A stretch of DNA of 62,800 bases, filler included, from Stramenopiles sp. TOSAG23-2 (GCA_900128395.1; 10 parts of 10 records of this genome joined end to end with filler, not necessarily neighbours in it); one strand, 5' to 3'. Positions 37,491 to 48,681 are shown, numbered from the whole stretch's first letter. The notes: generated from the sequence alone by a model not told the origin. Made by a program: numbers and translations.

Positions 37491-40055
37491 ATGTCAGCAT
37501 TTACACCAGAGGCATTGAAAAATATTAAAGTACCAGGATATAATGATCGTGTATTTAAAGATGAGTGTATGTTTTCGTATGATACGCCATTGTCACCAAA
37601 TGGTATATACGTATCTTTAATGAGTTTTCGTGCATATGGGCATGATTATATCAAACAAAACATCGCACCTAATGTTGACAAAGATATATTTTTGCATATC
37701 AAAATGAAAAAAGTACCAAAACCGGAGCCTGAGAAAGATGATGGTACAAAGAATGCCGAACCAGTCACGAAACTTGGAATTGGTATTGAAGGTGGTTTTA
37801 AAAATGAAGAGCAAATATGGGATACAACTAAAGAATATTCAATATATATTGATGGTGCTGAAAATGAATTGCCATATCCAAGCAATGATCTACCAATGGG
37901 CGTAACGAATTCCATCCAAGCTTTGCTAACCCATTCAGATGCAAATCTGGAAGAAGCAGCAAAATGGGAAGAACCACCACCCAAAGAATCAAAATATGCA
38001 AATGACCTCGTTCAAGATGCTAATGCACCAAAAATTTCTCCAAATCCAAAAGATTGGAAATGCGAAGATAGTGGTATGACAGAAAATTTATGGTTAAATT
38101 TATCTGATGGTTACATTGGGAGTGGCCGTCGGAATTGGGATGGTAGTGGCGGCACAGGAGCAGCATTAAAGCATTTCGAAGAGATGCAAAAGGAAGGCAA
38201 ATTTTATCCATTATGTGTTAAATTGGGCACTATTACACCAAAAGGCGCTGATATATATAGTTATGCCAAGGATGAAAATGATATGGTGGCAGATCCAAAA
38301 CTTGCTAAACATTTATCGCATTTTGGTATAAATATCATGCAAATGCAAAAGACTGAAAAATCTATGGCGGAAATGCAAATTGAATTAAATTTAAATTTCA
38401 ATTACGGTGCAATCTTAGAAGATGGAGTTCAACTTGTTAATTGTTATGCTCCAGGTCGCATCGGTTTGAAAAATTTAGGTAATAGTTGCTACATGAATTC
38501 ATGTTTACAAACATTAATGAGTTTAGAAGAATTTAAAAAGTTAAAAGATATTGCAACAGAAACATTCCGCAATTGTGGGAACAAATTGCCATCTGATGAT
38601 ATGACATTGCAATTATGTAAATTGGCTAGTGGGTTACATTCTGATCGTTATTTAAAAGAAGCAGAAGTTGTACGTAGCACTATGGAAAAACCATATAACA
38701 TGGAAGAGGATGAATTTCGTAAAAAGTTAAAGGAGGAGGAAATTTATATATCACCGATGGCATTTAAATCATTAGCTGGAAAAGGTCATCCTGATTTTAA
38801 AACATCTTTACAACAAGATGCTTCGGAATATTTAGCACATTTATTTAATCTATTGGAAACAGAGGCGAAAAGTAGCAACCAGCAAGATTTGTCAAAATTA
38901 TTTACATTTGAATTTGAAGAAAGAATGCAAATGATTAGTGGCGAGGATAATGGCAAAGTTAAATATAAAAATGTTCCTGAGAATATTTTGAAATTGGCAA
39001 TACCATTATCAGCTGTTGACAATTTACAAGAGGTTGAAACTAGTAAGAAAAAGCAAAAAGTGGAAAACAGCGAGGATGGTAAAGACAACAAAGCTGGAAA
39101 AGAAAATGCTGAAAAAGTGTTACCAAATATACCGTTCCAAGCACTATTGGATCAATTTAATCTTGGTGAAAAAGTAGATGTTAGGAAGGCACAAGCAACG
39201 AAATCGATGAAAATTTCAAAATTTTCAAAATATCTATGGATAAATTTAAATCGTGTCATTGTAAATGAGCAATGGCAGCAAGAAAAACTTGATCATACCA
39301 TTTTTATGCCAGAGACATTGGATTTGACATCGATGAAAGGTAATGGAAAATTAGATTCAGAAGTTGAATTGCCAGAAGATGAAAGTGATGGAAATGATAG
39401 TAATAACAATGCAAATGCTGAACCTGTCCCTGATGCAAATATTGTCAGTCAAATAGCCGCTATGGGTTTCTCGGAAAATGCTGGAAAGCGTGCTGCTGTT
39501 GCTACGCAGAACGCTGGAATTGAACCTGCAATGCAATGGGTTATGACACATATGGGTGATGCTGATATAAACGATCCATTGCCTAGTGGGGGTAATAATA
39601 GTAGTAGTAGCAACGGCGGCGGCGGCGGTGGTGATGGAGGCGATCCAGCATTAATTGCACAAATTTGTAGTATGGGTTTTTCCACGGAACATGCAAAATT
39701 TGCATTGAAAAAAAATAACAACAATGGTGATGTAGCAGTAATGTGGTTGTTTGAAAATTCTGCAAATGTTGATACTATGATTGCAACCGAAGCAGCACTT
39801 GCGGAAGCATCAAAAAATAATACTAAGGTTGATACTGTCACGGAAACAAATAGTAAATCGTATTCTGGTAAATATAAACTTAAAGCATTTATCAGTCATG
39901 TTGGTCGTAATACGAATAGTGGACATTATGTATGCCACGTCAAAGATGATAGTGGCAAATGGATTATATTCAATGATCGTAAAGTGAGTTGGAGTATGAA
40001 AACACCAATACAACATGGTTATATGTATTTGTATGTGACGGAAGATGAGGAATAA
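37491..40055 (+). CDS. USP5: Ubiquitin C-terminal hydrolase USP5/USP13/Ubp14 (palindrome copy 2)
   Basis: Protein identical to 34756-37320. Confidence 0.93.
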   Translation: MSAFTPEALKNIKVPGYNDRVFKDECMFSYDTPLSPNGIYVSLMSFRAYGHDYIKQNIAPNVDKDIFLHIKMKKVPKPEPEKDDGTKNAEPVTKLGIGIEGGFKNEEQIWDTTKEYSIYIDGAENELPYPSNDLPMGVTNSIQALLTHSDANLEEAAKWEEPPPKESKYANDLVQDANAPKISPNPKDWKCEDSGMTENLWLNLSDGYIGSGRRNWDGSGGTGAALKHFEEMQKEGKFYPLCVKLGTITPKGADIYSYAKDENDMVADPKLAKHLSHFGINIMQMQKTEKSMAEMQIELNLNFNYGAILEDGVQLVNCYAPGRIGLKNLGNSCYMNSCLQTLMSLEEFKKLKDIATETFRNCGNKLPSDDMTLQLCKLASGLHSDRYLKEAEVVRSTMEKPYNMEEDEFRKKLKEEEIYISPMAFKSLAGKGHPDFKTSLQQDASEYLAHLFNLLETEAKSSNQQDLSKLFTFEFEERMQMISGEDNGKVKYKNVPENILKLAIPLSAVDNLQEVETSKKKQKVENSEDGKDNKAGKENAEKVLPNIPFQALLDQFNLGEKVDVRKAQATKSMKISKFSKYLWINLNRVIVNEQWQQEKLDHTIFMPETLDLTSMKGNGKLDSEVELPEDESDGNDSNNNANAEPVPDANIVSQIAAMGFSENAGKRAAVATQNAGIEPAMQWVMTHMGDADINDPLPSGGNNSSSSNGGGGGGDGGDPALIAQICSMGFSTEHAKFALKKNNNNGDVAVMWLFENSANVDTMIATEAALAEASKNNTKVDTVTETNSKSYSGKYKLKAFISHVGRNTNSGHYVCHVKDDSGKWIIFNDRKVSWSMKTPIQHGYMYLYVTEDEE

Positions 40056-40352
40056 GAAGGAGGAGAAAAAGATTAAAGAATTAAAAATTTTAATACGGTC
40101 GTATACGTTAATAATTTTAATATAACAGTGCAACGCACTATGAATTGGCACATGAGTTACGAGCTCGTATTATATTTCTCTATACATATTCTGTGTCCAT
40201 CTCTCCACGTATACTATCAATATGTTACTTGCACACTTTAACTTTACAGGTATAATAATTTAAATAATAATATATTACGACAACATATTATATATATCAC
40301 ACATACGACGAAAATATCGATATAGAAAAAATAAACAAAGTTGTCTGACAAG

Positions 40353-41381
40353 ATGGATCAACGCGAAGAAGATGCTCTGCAATTGTTTTTAGAAAATGTA
40401 AATAAATATATAAATGGATTATGTAAAAAATCAATGCAAATAATTAAACGAAAAGAATTAAAAAAACGTGGATATTATATTTATAATAATGATGGACAAA
40501 TAAAATATACACCACCAATATCTAGAATTGAATTATCAATAAATATAAATAATGTCCCGTCAGGCGATGTAAAGGACGAATTATCATTAATGAATATACG
40601 AAGCTTGATTCGAAGACACATGAATGGAATTATAGATATGTTGTTAAATATTTTTATATTGTATTCTATTGATATTTCAACAATAACGGATGAGGAAATA
40701 TTTTTTGATAAATTTTACTTTACGTTAATGTTACAATCATTAGATGAAAATGAAGAAGAAGATGTCACAGTGTCACCGTCATCAAAGTTATTGCCTTTCT
40801 ATATATACTCGATAAATCGTACGAAATATTGCATAAATTCAATGTTGTCATATTTAGCACAAAATAAATTTTTAATAAAGAATGAATCAATTGACGATAA
40901 ATCAATCATTGATAATTTTACAAAAGATATAATTAAATTTTCGAAGGAGTTAGAATTGAATTTAGATAAAAATTTAAATGACGAAACTGAAGAAGAACTA
41001 TATGGCAATACAGTTTTTAACAATAATTGTAATGATAATAATAATATTATATTAAATTTACAACAATTGGAATTGAAAAAAGTCTTGAGAAATAAATTCC
41101 AAAATAAATGCGTGGCAGAAGAAGATGAACATGAAGGAAACCATAATGAAAATAAAGAAGAAAGCTTATTTTATGTATCATCATCGTCGTCGTCGTCGGA
41201 GAAATCATTATTATTAGTGAAGAAGAATGATGAGGATAATGATGAAGACGTTATGGTTCAAACCAAATTTGGACCTGACTTGTTAAATGATGTATCAGCA
41301 AATAAAGTATATATTGAAAATATTGATTTGTTTCAACAATTAAATGCAACTTTTGTGAAAAATTTTGCTACAAAGAGTTAA
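40353..41381 (+). CDS. Hypothetical acidic protein (palindrome copy 2)
   Basis: Identical to 33430-34458. Confidence 0.6.
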   Translation: MDQREEDALQLFLENVNKYINGLCKKSMQIIKRKELKKRGYYIYNNDGQIKYTPPISRIELSININNVPSGDVKDELSLMNIRSLIRRHMNGIIDMLLNIFILYSIDISTITDEEIFFDKFYFTLMLQSLDENEEEDVTVSPSSKLLPFYIYSINRTKYCINSMLSYLAQNKFLIKNESIDDKSIIDNFTKDIIKFSKELELNLDKNLNDETEEELYGNTVFNNNCNDNNNIILNLQQLELKKVLRNKFQNKCVAEEDEHEGNHNENKEESLFYVSSSSSSSEKSLLLVKKNDEDNDEDVMVQTKFGPDLLNDVSANKVYIENIDLFQQLNATFVKNFATKS

Positions 41382-41610
41382 GTTGTTGTGTATATTCATA
41401 AAAATGTACGTGTAATTTTTATTAGTTTTTTTTATATTTATCAAATTATATATATATGCGTTAATTGCATCTATTTACCTCCACCAACATTTTTGTATCT
41501 TAAAAATATTNNNNNNNNNNNNNNNNNNNNNNNNNNNNNNNNNNNNNNNNNNNNTTAATTAATTAANNNNNNNNNNNNNNNNNNNNNNNNNNNNNNNNNN
41601 NNNNNNNNNN

Positions 41611-44600
41611 GGTAATAATAATAATAATATGACATTGAAAGAATACGTGAATCAAGTCGGTAAAAGTAGTGGTGGTTATGGATGGACACCTTTAATGATA
41701 GCTGCAGAGTACGAACATTTCCAAATAGTTAAATATTTGATTGAACAATGTGAAGCTGATCCTAATATTGCAACTAGTGATGGATGGAATGCATTACATT
41801 TAGCAGCACATAATAACAGAACGACTACTGAGTTGATTCAATTGTTATTAACTCATATGACTATTAATAGCATTAATAAGAAGAACAGGGGGGGATACAC
41901 TCCCCTGGACGTGGCATATGCATATAATGATAATCCAATTCGCCAAGAGATCATTGCACTTATACGTTCAAAAGGTGGAAAAGCAAATTATTTTGATGAA
42001 AATGGTAGAGATGTAGGAGCAGGTAATGGTGATTTAAATGATTTACACAATACTATTAAATCTGAAAATATGGAATTATTTCGGAAATTATTGAATGTAG
42101 ATCATCGTACATTATCTATATACATGTCCAATGATCCAGAAAAGCCCCTATTACGATACGCAATCGATGTGTTAAATATTAACATATATAAAATATTAAT
42201 AAAGGATAAACGTATCAATCTAAACGAGGAAGATTTAGAAATAAAGGGTAAAACTAATTTAAATTATATATGTGAACTGAAATTTGATAAATCCAAAGAA
42301 GAGAAACACCTGGAATTAACAAAGCACATTTATCACAAAACTAAAGCAACCTACCGTGATGAAGATGATCGAGATCGTTATGCCATAGTACGTTATTGCA
42401 AATGGCCATTAGTTGTTAAATGGGCCAAATCCCTTGGTACAAAATTTCAACGTTATAAAATAATGAATGAAGAAGAACCAATACATCAATCATCAACATC
42501 AATTGTATTTTTCGCAACAGATGTTAAAGACAATAATAACAATGTAGCATTAAAACTGATGAGAAATTACGAAGAATTTGAACGTGAAATTATATCACGT
42601 TTCAGTAATAATAACAATAAAACAATTGATAAATGTGTAGTTAAAGTAATTGGTTGGCATTTACCAAATGACAATAACAAGCCATCTATTAAAACAAATA
42701 AACGTGATAATGTAACAGAACCAACTTTTCATGGAGATAAGCCATATGTATTGGTCATGGAGCGAGGAAGCAAATCTCTTTTTCATCAACTTGTTACACA
42801 ACGTATTGCTGGTTGTCACATAGACACAATTATCAATATTTTTCAACACGCTGTAATTAAAGTGAAAGCATTACATGATTTAAATTATGTACATTGTGAT
42901 TTAAAACCACGGAATTTTTTATATGTTAAACGCGATGGCATCAAAGAAGAACAATTATTATTATGTGATATGGATGCAGCATGCCAAAAAGATAGTCAAC
43001 GTGATGAAACATTAAAATATAGCACAGGGTATTGTCCACCTGAATTAGCTCGTTGTATATTCACCGCTAATGACCAAATGAACAAAATCGAAACATCATT
43101 TGATGTTTGGTCATTAGGTGTATTATTATACGAATTATGCACTGGTCAAAATTTATTTCCACAAGATATTAGTAATGATAATATTGTTAATGAAATCGAT
43201 AAAAGTATTTTATGCGCATGGCATACTATTCCTGATTCATATTTAAACTTAGTTGATTTTCCAAACAATCTACAAATGACAAAAGATGCCCGAAATTTAA
43301 TTCGATGGTGTTTAAAAGGAAGTCCATCTAGTAGACCGTCACTAAAAAATATATTAAATCATCGATTATTAAATGGAAATAATGATTTGGATAAACAACC
43401 AATGAAATACCATATGTTTATATCCCATATGCAAGCTGAATCTTCAGGGGAAGTGGCGGCTTTGGAAAAATCATTAGCCACATTAGGTATAAATGTATGG
43501 CGGGATATGTCTCAAACAAATATTAATCCAAACGGCATGATCCAAGGTGTAATTGATACAGATGTATTTGTAGTTATGTTAACTAATAGCTATATGTCAA
43601 GAAAGTATTGTCTATTAGAATTTGCTACTGCATTATTATATCAAAAACCAATTATTGTTATAGTAGAAGAAAATAAAATGTTTTGGCAATGGGATTTAAA
43701 ACGTTGGCAGGGAAACATTTGTTCGCGCAAAACGGATAATATATCAACAGAAGAACGTGGATGGAAAAAGTCTATTGACTATGATGCTGACGGCAATCCA
43801 GTATCAAATTTACAAAATACATATGAAGATCTTGAAACGAAAGATATGGGATTTACAAATTTTCAAGCTTTTAAAACTATGACAAAAGATTTGAAATTGT
43901 CAAACTTTCAAGCGTTACAAACGAATAAAGCAAATCATATACGTGATAAAATAATTGAAATTGACGAGAAGAAAGAAATGATACCCCATCGTCGTCGTGG
44001 ATTTGAATATGATGCAATGCTATATGAGGTCATAGAACGAGCTGGTATTAAAATTCCCGTTCCAAAATCGCCAAAATTTAAACATGATCACAAATTCATG
44101 GTAATTTATAATAATACGACACAAGCAGAAAAAAAAAACGGTGAAGACATTATAAATTCATTAGAAGAAGAAGGTATGAACCAAACATATACAGAGAATA
44201 TTACAGCTGTTGAATATCTAATAGTTATTTTAACGGGTGGTGTAATGGAAAATCCAACATGTTTAGAAAATTTCAAAAACATTCTGGTAACGAGGAAAGA
44301 TTTATTAGATGATAAAAAGGTTATTTTTATCATGTCAAAACATGATGGTTGGAAATTTGAACCAAGTGCGACAGAGAAAGCAGCGAAAAATGTCACAGCT
44401 AAAGAAGTACGAAAGGTGATTAATGATGGTCATGAAGTTATGACATATCGACCAAAAGGTTTAAATCGTGATTATGAGCATGATTCGATGATGGTGGAAA
44501 TGATGAAACGTTTGGGCTTGGCAACAGTAGAAGAAGTTGCGACAATGAACGAACAGCAGAATGGTGTGGTGGTGGTGGTGGATACGGAAGAAGAAGAGAA

Positions 44601-44637
44601 AGTTGGTGTTGATGATGATGAACGCAAAGAAGATTGA
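41611..44637 (+). CDS. Ankyrin-repeat / non-RD protein kinase / TIR / TIR-like protein, probably 5' truncated
   Basis: Ankyrin repeats (WTPLMIAA, WNALHLAA, YTPLDVA). Kinase at ~42470-43370 (VALK, HCDLKPRN, DMD, YCPPE, DVWSLG). TIR from 43405 (YHMFISH..LGINVWRDM..GVIDTDVFVVMLTNSYMSRKYCLLEFATAL). A second degenerate TIR at ~44092-44517. The frame is open to the contig start. Confidence 0.85.
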   Translation, partial: GNNNNNMTLKEYVNQVGKSSGGYGWTPLMIAAEYEHFQIVKYLIEQCEADPNIATSDGWNALHLAAHNNRTTTELIQLLLTHMTINSINKKNRGGYTPLDVAYAYNDNPIRQEIIALIRSKGGKANYFDENGRDVGAGNGDLNDLHNTIKSENMELFRKLLNVDHRTLSIYMSNDPEKPLLRYAIDVLNINIYKILIKDKRINLNEEDLEIKGKTNLNYICELKFDKSKEEKHLELTKHIYHKTKATYRDEDDRDRYAIVRYCKWPLVVKWAKSLGTKFQRYKIMNEEEPIHQSSTSIVFFATDVKDNNNNVALKLMRNYEEFEREIISRFSNNNNKTIDKCVVKVIGWHLPNDNNKPSIKTNKRDNVTEPTFHGDKPYVLVMERGSKSLFHQLVTQRIAGCHIDTIINIFQHAVIKVKALHDLNYVHCDLKPRNFLYVKRDGIKEEQLLLCDMDAACQKDSQRDETLKYSTGYCPPELARCIFTANDQMNKIETSFDVWSLGVLLYELCTGQNLFPQDISNDNIVNEIDKSILCAWHTIPDSYLNLVDFPNNLQMTKDARNLIRWCLKGSPSSRPSLKNILNHRLLNGNNDLDKQPMKYHMFISHMQAESSGEVAALEKSLATLGINVWRDMSQTNINPNGMIQGVIDTDVFVVMLTNSYMSRKYCLLEFATALLYQKPIIVIVEENKMFWQWDLKRWQGNICSRKTDNISTEERGWKKSIDYDADGNPVSNLQNTYEDLETKDMGFTNFQAFKTMTKDLKLSNFQALQTNKANHIRDKIIEIDEKKEMIPHRRRGFEYDAMLYEVIERAGIKIPVPKSPKFKHDHKFMVIYNNTTQAEKKNGEDIINSLEEEGMNQTYTENITAVEYLIVILTGGVMENPTCLENFKNILVTRKDLLDDKKVIFIMSKHDGWKFEPSATEKAAKNVTAKEVRKVINDGHEVMTYRPKGLNRDYEHDSMMVEMMKRLGLATVEEVATMNEQQNGVVVVVDTEEEEKVGVDDDERKED

Positions 44638-44836
44638 TAAAAAAAGGGGTGTATGTTTTATATAATATATATAATCATATTTAAAAAAAAGAACATTTAT
44701 CATATCATAGTAAAATATTTTAAAATAAAACTCCGCCTTCTTTTCCCTTTTCTCTTTTTTAATTACTCTTCTCTTACTTTCCATCCCCTCATTCCTTCAC
44801 TACACAACCCATTTTACACCACGCACCCTCTACATA

Positions 44837-45883
44837 TTAAACCACATGCCCTTTCATCGTGAAATGTTGTAAACTTCCAGTAAAATCATCTTTTAAATTC
44901 AATTTAAAACCATTCTTCACATTCACCACATCGACATATTCATTTCCATCTAATGCTTTTCTACCAATTTTACGTATTTTATGTTTTTTATATTGTATAC
45001 GTTTCTTTTGACTATTATCACCACCACCACCACCATCATCATTACCATATGATAATTTCGTATTAAATGTATGAAAATTTAATTGGCTACCATTACTTTC
45101 TGTATTTTCATCAACACAATAAATTGCACAACGTACATATGTACCATATGGAATAATTTCTAAATACCAATTTTCATGTTCATTATTATTATTTAAACTA
45201 ATACCACCAGTATTGACATTTTGAACAGGTACTTTACTAAAACCTTTTACACCACAAAATTTCTGATGTGTAACAACAATACTATAAACACATGTCGATG
45301 TTTCACTTACATCTTTAATTTTAAATGTACTACCACATGCATATGTTACTGTCGTTTCACGTTTTGGTTCACCAGTCACTGCTTTACATACTTCACCATC
45401 AACATATCGTTGTGATTTACGATTTGGATTATTTGAATTTGATGATACAACAGTTTTTCCCATTAAATAATGTTCTTGTTTATGTTTTTGTTTGACATGT
45501 TTACCTATACATACTTCATAATTCCAAAAACCTTTATCTGAAGATGCACAACGTCCATTTAATTGTTGTATAATTGTTGCAGCTGTGATTTCTGGTGTTT
45601 TCGCTTTTTTCTTCTTCTTCTCTGCTTCTTCTTCTTTTTTATTATTATTATCATCCGTTGTTTTTTTCTCTTGTTTTTTAGACGTGGATGTTTTATATTT
45701 AAATTCACAAGATATTATTTCACCAGTTGGCATAGTCGATATAACTTTTTGTGAATTTGTTTCTTCTTTTCCAATTGTAAATGCAACAACATCATTGTTT
45801 TCATGATTTTCTTCATTTTCAGAAGCATGATTGATTTGGATCAATGTTGTAATAACAATGATAAGGAATATTATATTTTTCAT
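44837..45883 (-). CDS. OS-9/PRKCSH-like ER lectin with an MRH domain
   Basis: Signal peptide; CASSDKGFWNYEVCIGKHVKQKH, YVDGEVC..KRETTVTYAC and VSETSTCVYSIVVTHQKFC keep the Q-R-E-Y mannose-binding residues. Confidence 0.8.
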   Translation of the reverse strand: MKNIIFLIIVITTLIQINHASENEENHENNDVVAFTIGKEETNSQKVISTMPTGEIISCEFKYKTSTSKKQEKKTTDDNNNKKEEEAEKKKKKAKTPEITAATIIQQLNGRCASSDKGFWNYEVCIGKHVKQKHKQEHYLMGKTVVSSNSNNPNRKSQRYVDGEVCKAVTGEPKRETTVTYACGSTFKIKDVSETSTCVYSIVVTHQKFCGVKGFSKVPVQNVNTGGISLNNNNEHENWYLEIIPYGTYVRCAIYCVDENTESNGSQLNFHTFNTKLSYGNDDGGGGGDNSQKKRIQYKKHKIRKIGRKALDGNEYVDVVNVKNGFKLNLKDDFTGSLQHFTMKGHVV

Positions 45884-46231
45884 TGCTTTCTTTGTTGTGT
45901 ATATCTTTATGAATATATATTGATTCTTAATCCAAATTTATCTAAATTTATCTAAAATTATAATTCTTATTTTTTTTTTTTCCCCGTCTACGAAATAATT
46001 TCAAAAAGTGTTGATATATTAACTCTGTTTGCTTTTTGTTATAATGATGATGTTTCTACACACACACACACACACACTTTCGTACAACCAACAATATTTT
46101 CTCTCATTTTACAACTTCACCTCGGTTACCAAGCAAGGAAACATGTCGGGCAAGCACAATATTCACCACATTTATTCATTTTTTTGCTGCTTTTATTAGA
46201 GCTGTGTTGAGTGTTGAGCCGAAGAGGTTAA

Positions 46232-47003
46232 AAATGGCAGAATTTATTAAATTTTATTTTTTATTTTCAACTTTTTTTTTTTTTCTTACCCTCCCTCTAT
46301 AATATAGCTCTATAGGCTCTAGGATCTAGGATTTAATATTAATATATATAGTAGATATTGACTTAAAGTAAAAAGTAATTAAGATATTTTTAACTTTTAT
46401 TTCAGGTTTGCAACTTGCAACTTGCAACTGGTCAAAAAATAGTTGATTATATTTCGAGCCCTTTACAGCTGTGCTCAGGATTACTTTAGTTTTATTAAAA
46501 GTATCGATCAATTAAGTATTGTATATTGTTTATTATTTTCAACCTTTTTTTTTTCTTACCCTCTAGCATTTAATATAATATAGTAGATATTGACTTAAAG
46601 TAAAAATAATTAAGATATTTTTTTAACTTTTATTTCAGGTTTGCAACTTACAACTGGTCAAAATATCAAAATACAGTCGATTATATTGATTACATTTTGA
46701 GCCCTTTACAGCCGTGCTCAGGATTACTTTAGTTTTATTAAAAGTATATCGATCAATTAAGTATTGTATATTGTATAAGTATTGTATGTAGCATTACGTA
46801 AATTTTGTTTTATTATTTTCAACCTTTTTTTATTTTTCTTATAGCATGAACTAGCATTACGTATTTATATATTAATATTTATTTTTAAAAAAACCTCTGA
46901 AATTGCTTGTGTAATGTTATTTCTATCCTAGAGGGGGGCTGAAAAAAAACAAAAGTTGAAAAAAAAAATTAAAAAATTTCAATTTTATTAACTTTTGCCA
47001 TCT
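46232..47003. mobile_element. Candidate degraded non-autonomous DNA transposon with TTAA flanks and imperfect TIRs (Kolobok-like)
   Basis: The left end TTAA|AAATGGCAGAATTTATTAAA..TTCAACTTTT..CCCTCTA matches the reverse complement of the right end TTAA|AGATGGCAAAAGTTAATAAAA..TTCAACTTTT..CCCTCTA. There is an internal ~240-bp imperfect tandem repeat and no ORF. Confidence 0.45.
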
Positions 47004-47321
47004 TTAATGTAAATAACTCTAATTTACATTTTTTATTATTTATTATATATACTATAAGAGGCATATGTCACACATATTGTATTAATGATCAATCCAAATA
47101 ATAAAATATTGTTATTCATTGTCGTATATATATATATATATTGTGAATTTCGCATCGTATATTACGTTGTATACGAAATTAAATTTGTGGAATTTTTTTT
47201 TTTTAGATTATTTTTTTTTCATCGTCATCATCATCATTAATTAAATATTTTTATTATTTAAAACTCTTCAAATTAAATACAATCAAGCATTTAAATTATA
47301 TATTACCATATATCAGTAAAC

Positions 47322-48681
47322 ATGCCAACTAAATCCAATTCCATACCACTTGGTACACGAACCGCCGTATATACAGATACAACTGGTAACAACGATCATG
47401 CCGGTGATAATCCCAATATCCCAAGCAATAACAGGAACAACAATAATAATAAACGAAAACGGGATAATAATAATATTCCAATAAGACGTTTTAATGATGA
47501 TGATGATGTTAATAACAATCATAATAGTAATAAACGTTATCGTTCACATTCACGTAGTCATTCTCGTCATGGGCATAGCAATACGAACTACAACTACAAC
47601 AAACAACACAATCGAAGATATCGTTCCAATTCACGTAGTCATTCTCGTTACAATAACAACAACAAACAACACAATCGAAGATATCGTTCCAATTCACGTA
47701 GTCATTCCCCACCAAAACGTGCTATACATGATAAATTTACATTTGAAATGCCACCAAGAATATATCCATATATGAATCCACGAATACGCAATGCACGTAC
47801 TGTTTTATTGACAAATATCAACACAAATGTTGGTGCATTAGATATTAAAATGTTTTTTGAACAATATAATCATTTACATGATTTAAATCAAGTAGTTGTT
47901 GGTAAAAAGAATATTTCAAGTAATCAAAACATTATTCCAACCACCACCACAACCACGACGACGACAACGGAAAAAAACAATAATACTATTATTGATGATA
48001 AAAAACCAACAGCGGATGATGTAAACCATCAAATAAAGAACAGTAAGGAGGAAGATACTGGCGCTGATGATGAAACAAACAAACAAACAACAAAGAAAAC
48101 CAATGGATTACCATTGTTAAAAATATATGATATAAGTATATTATTACATCCAAGATTACAAGAAAGAAAGAAATCACCTTCTCAACAATTTATTACCTAT
48201 AGTAATCGTAGACAATCTAAATGTATTGCATATGTTGAATTTCAATCGATTAAAATGGCAGAAATAGCTATTAGACGATATAATTCAAAAGAATTTCTTT
48301 ATCAGTAAGTATATAATTTTACATATTTATATATATATATATATTAACAATATTATATCAAAAATGCATACTAACTATCATCATCATTATTATTTATATT
48401 TACATATTTATATATAATATAGAAATGGTATTAAAAGTCAATATAAAGTACGTATACAACCTGCAGTGGATCGAATGGATAATCAATCCGATTTAGCAAT
48501 GGAAGAAGAAAAAGAATGGTTTAAAAATAAAATAGCATATGATGAAAATATTAAAACACGTCGACGATTTCATTCAAAAGATGGTGAAGAAGAGGAAGAG
48601 GAGGAGAAAGATGGCGATGACAAATACGATGGTGATAATAATTATAATTATTACAATAAAGATGCTATTATAGTTCTTTAG
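47322..48681 (+). CDS. RS-rich RRM protein (RBM39-like RRM); two exons, 47322-48304 and 48423-48681
   Basis: RS/H repeats, RNP2 RTVLLTNI and RNP1 SKCIAYVEF. Intron 48305-48422 (GTAAGT..ACTAAC..ATAG) joins in frame to ORF 48466-48681 and supplies the last strand KVRIQPA. Confidence 0.75.

Larger units (their letters stand above)
33302..41510. repeat. Whole-contig palindrome: two ~4.1-kb inverted arms with no spacer, centre 37405/37406
   Basis: ORF sets are mirror images (34756-37320 minus equals 37491-40055 plus; 33430-34470 equals 40341-41381). The centre lies in a TA run. The only differences I saw are within ~50 bp of the outer ends. Confidence 0.97.

Noticed and set aside
47595-47707. 57-bp tandem repeat
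   Set aside because: Ordinary in-frame expansion of the RS-rich low-complexity domain.
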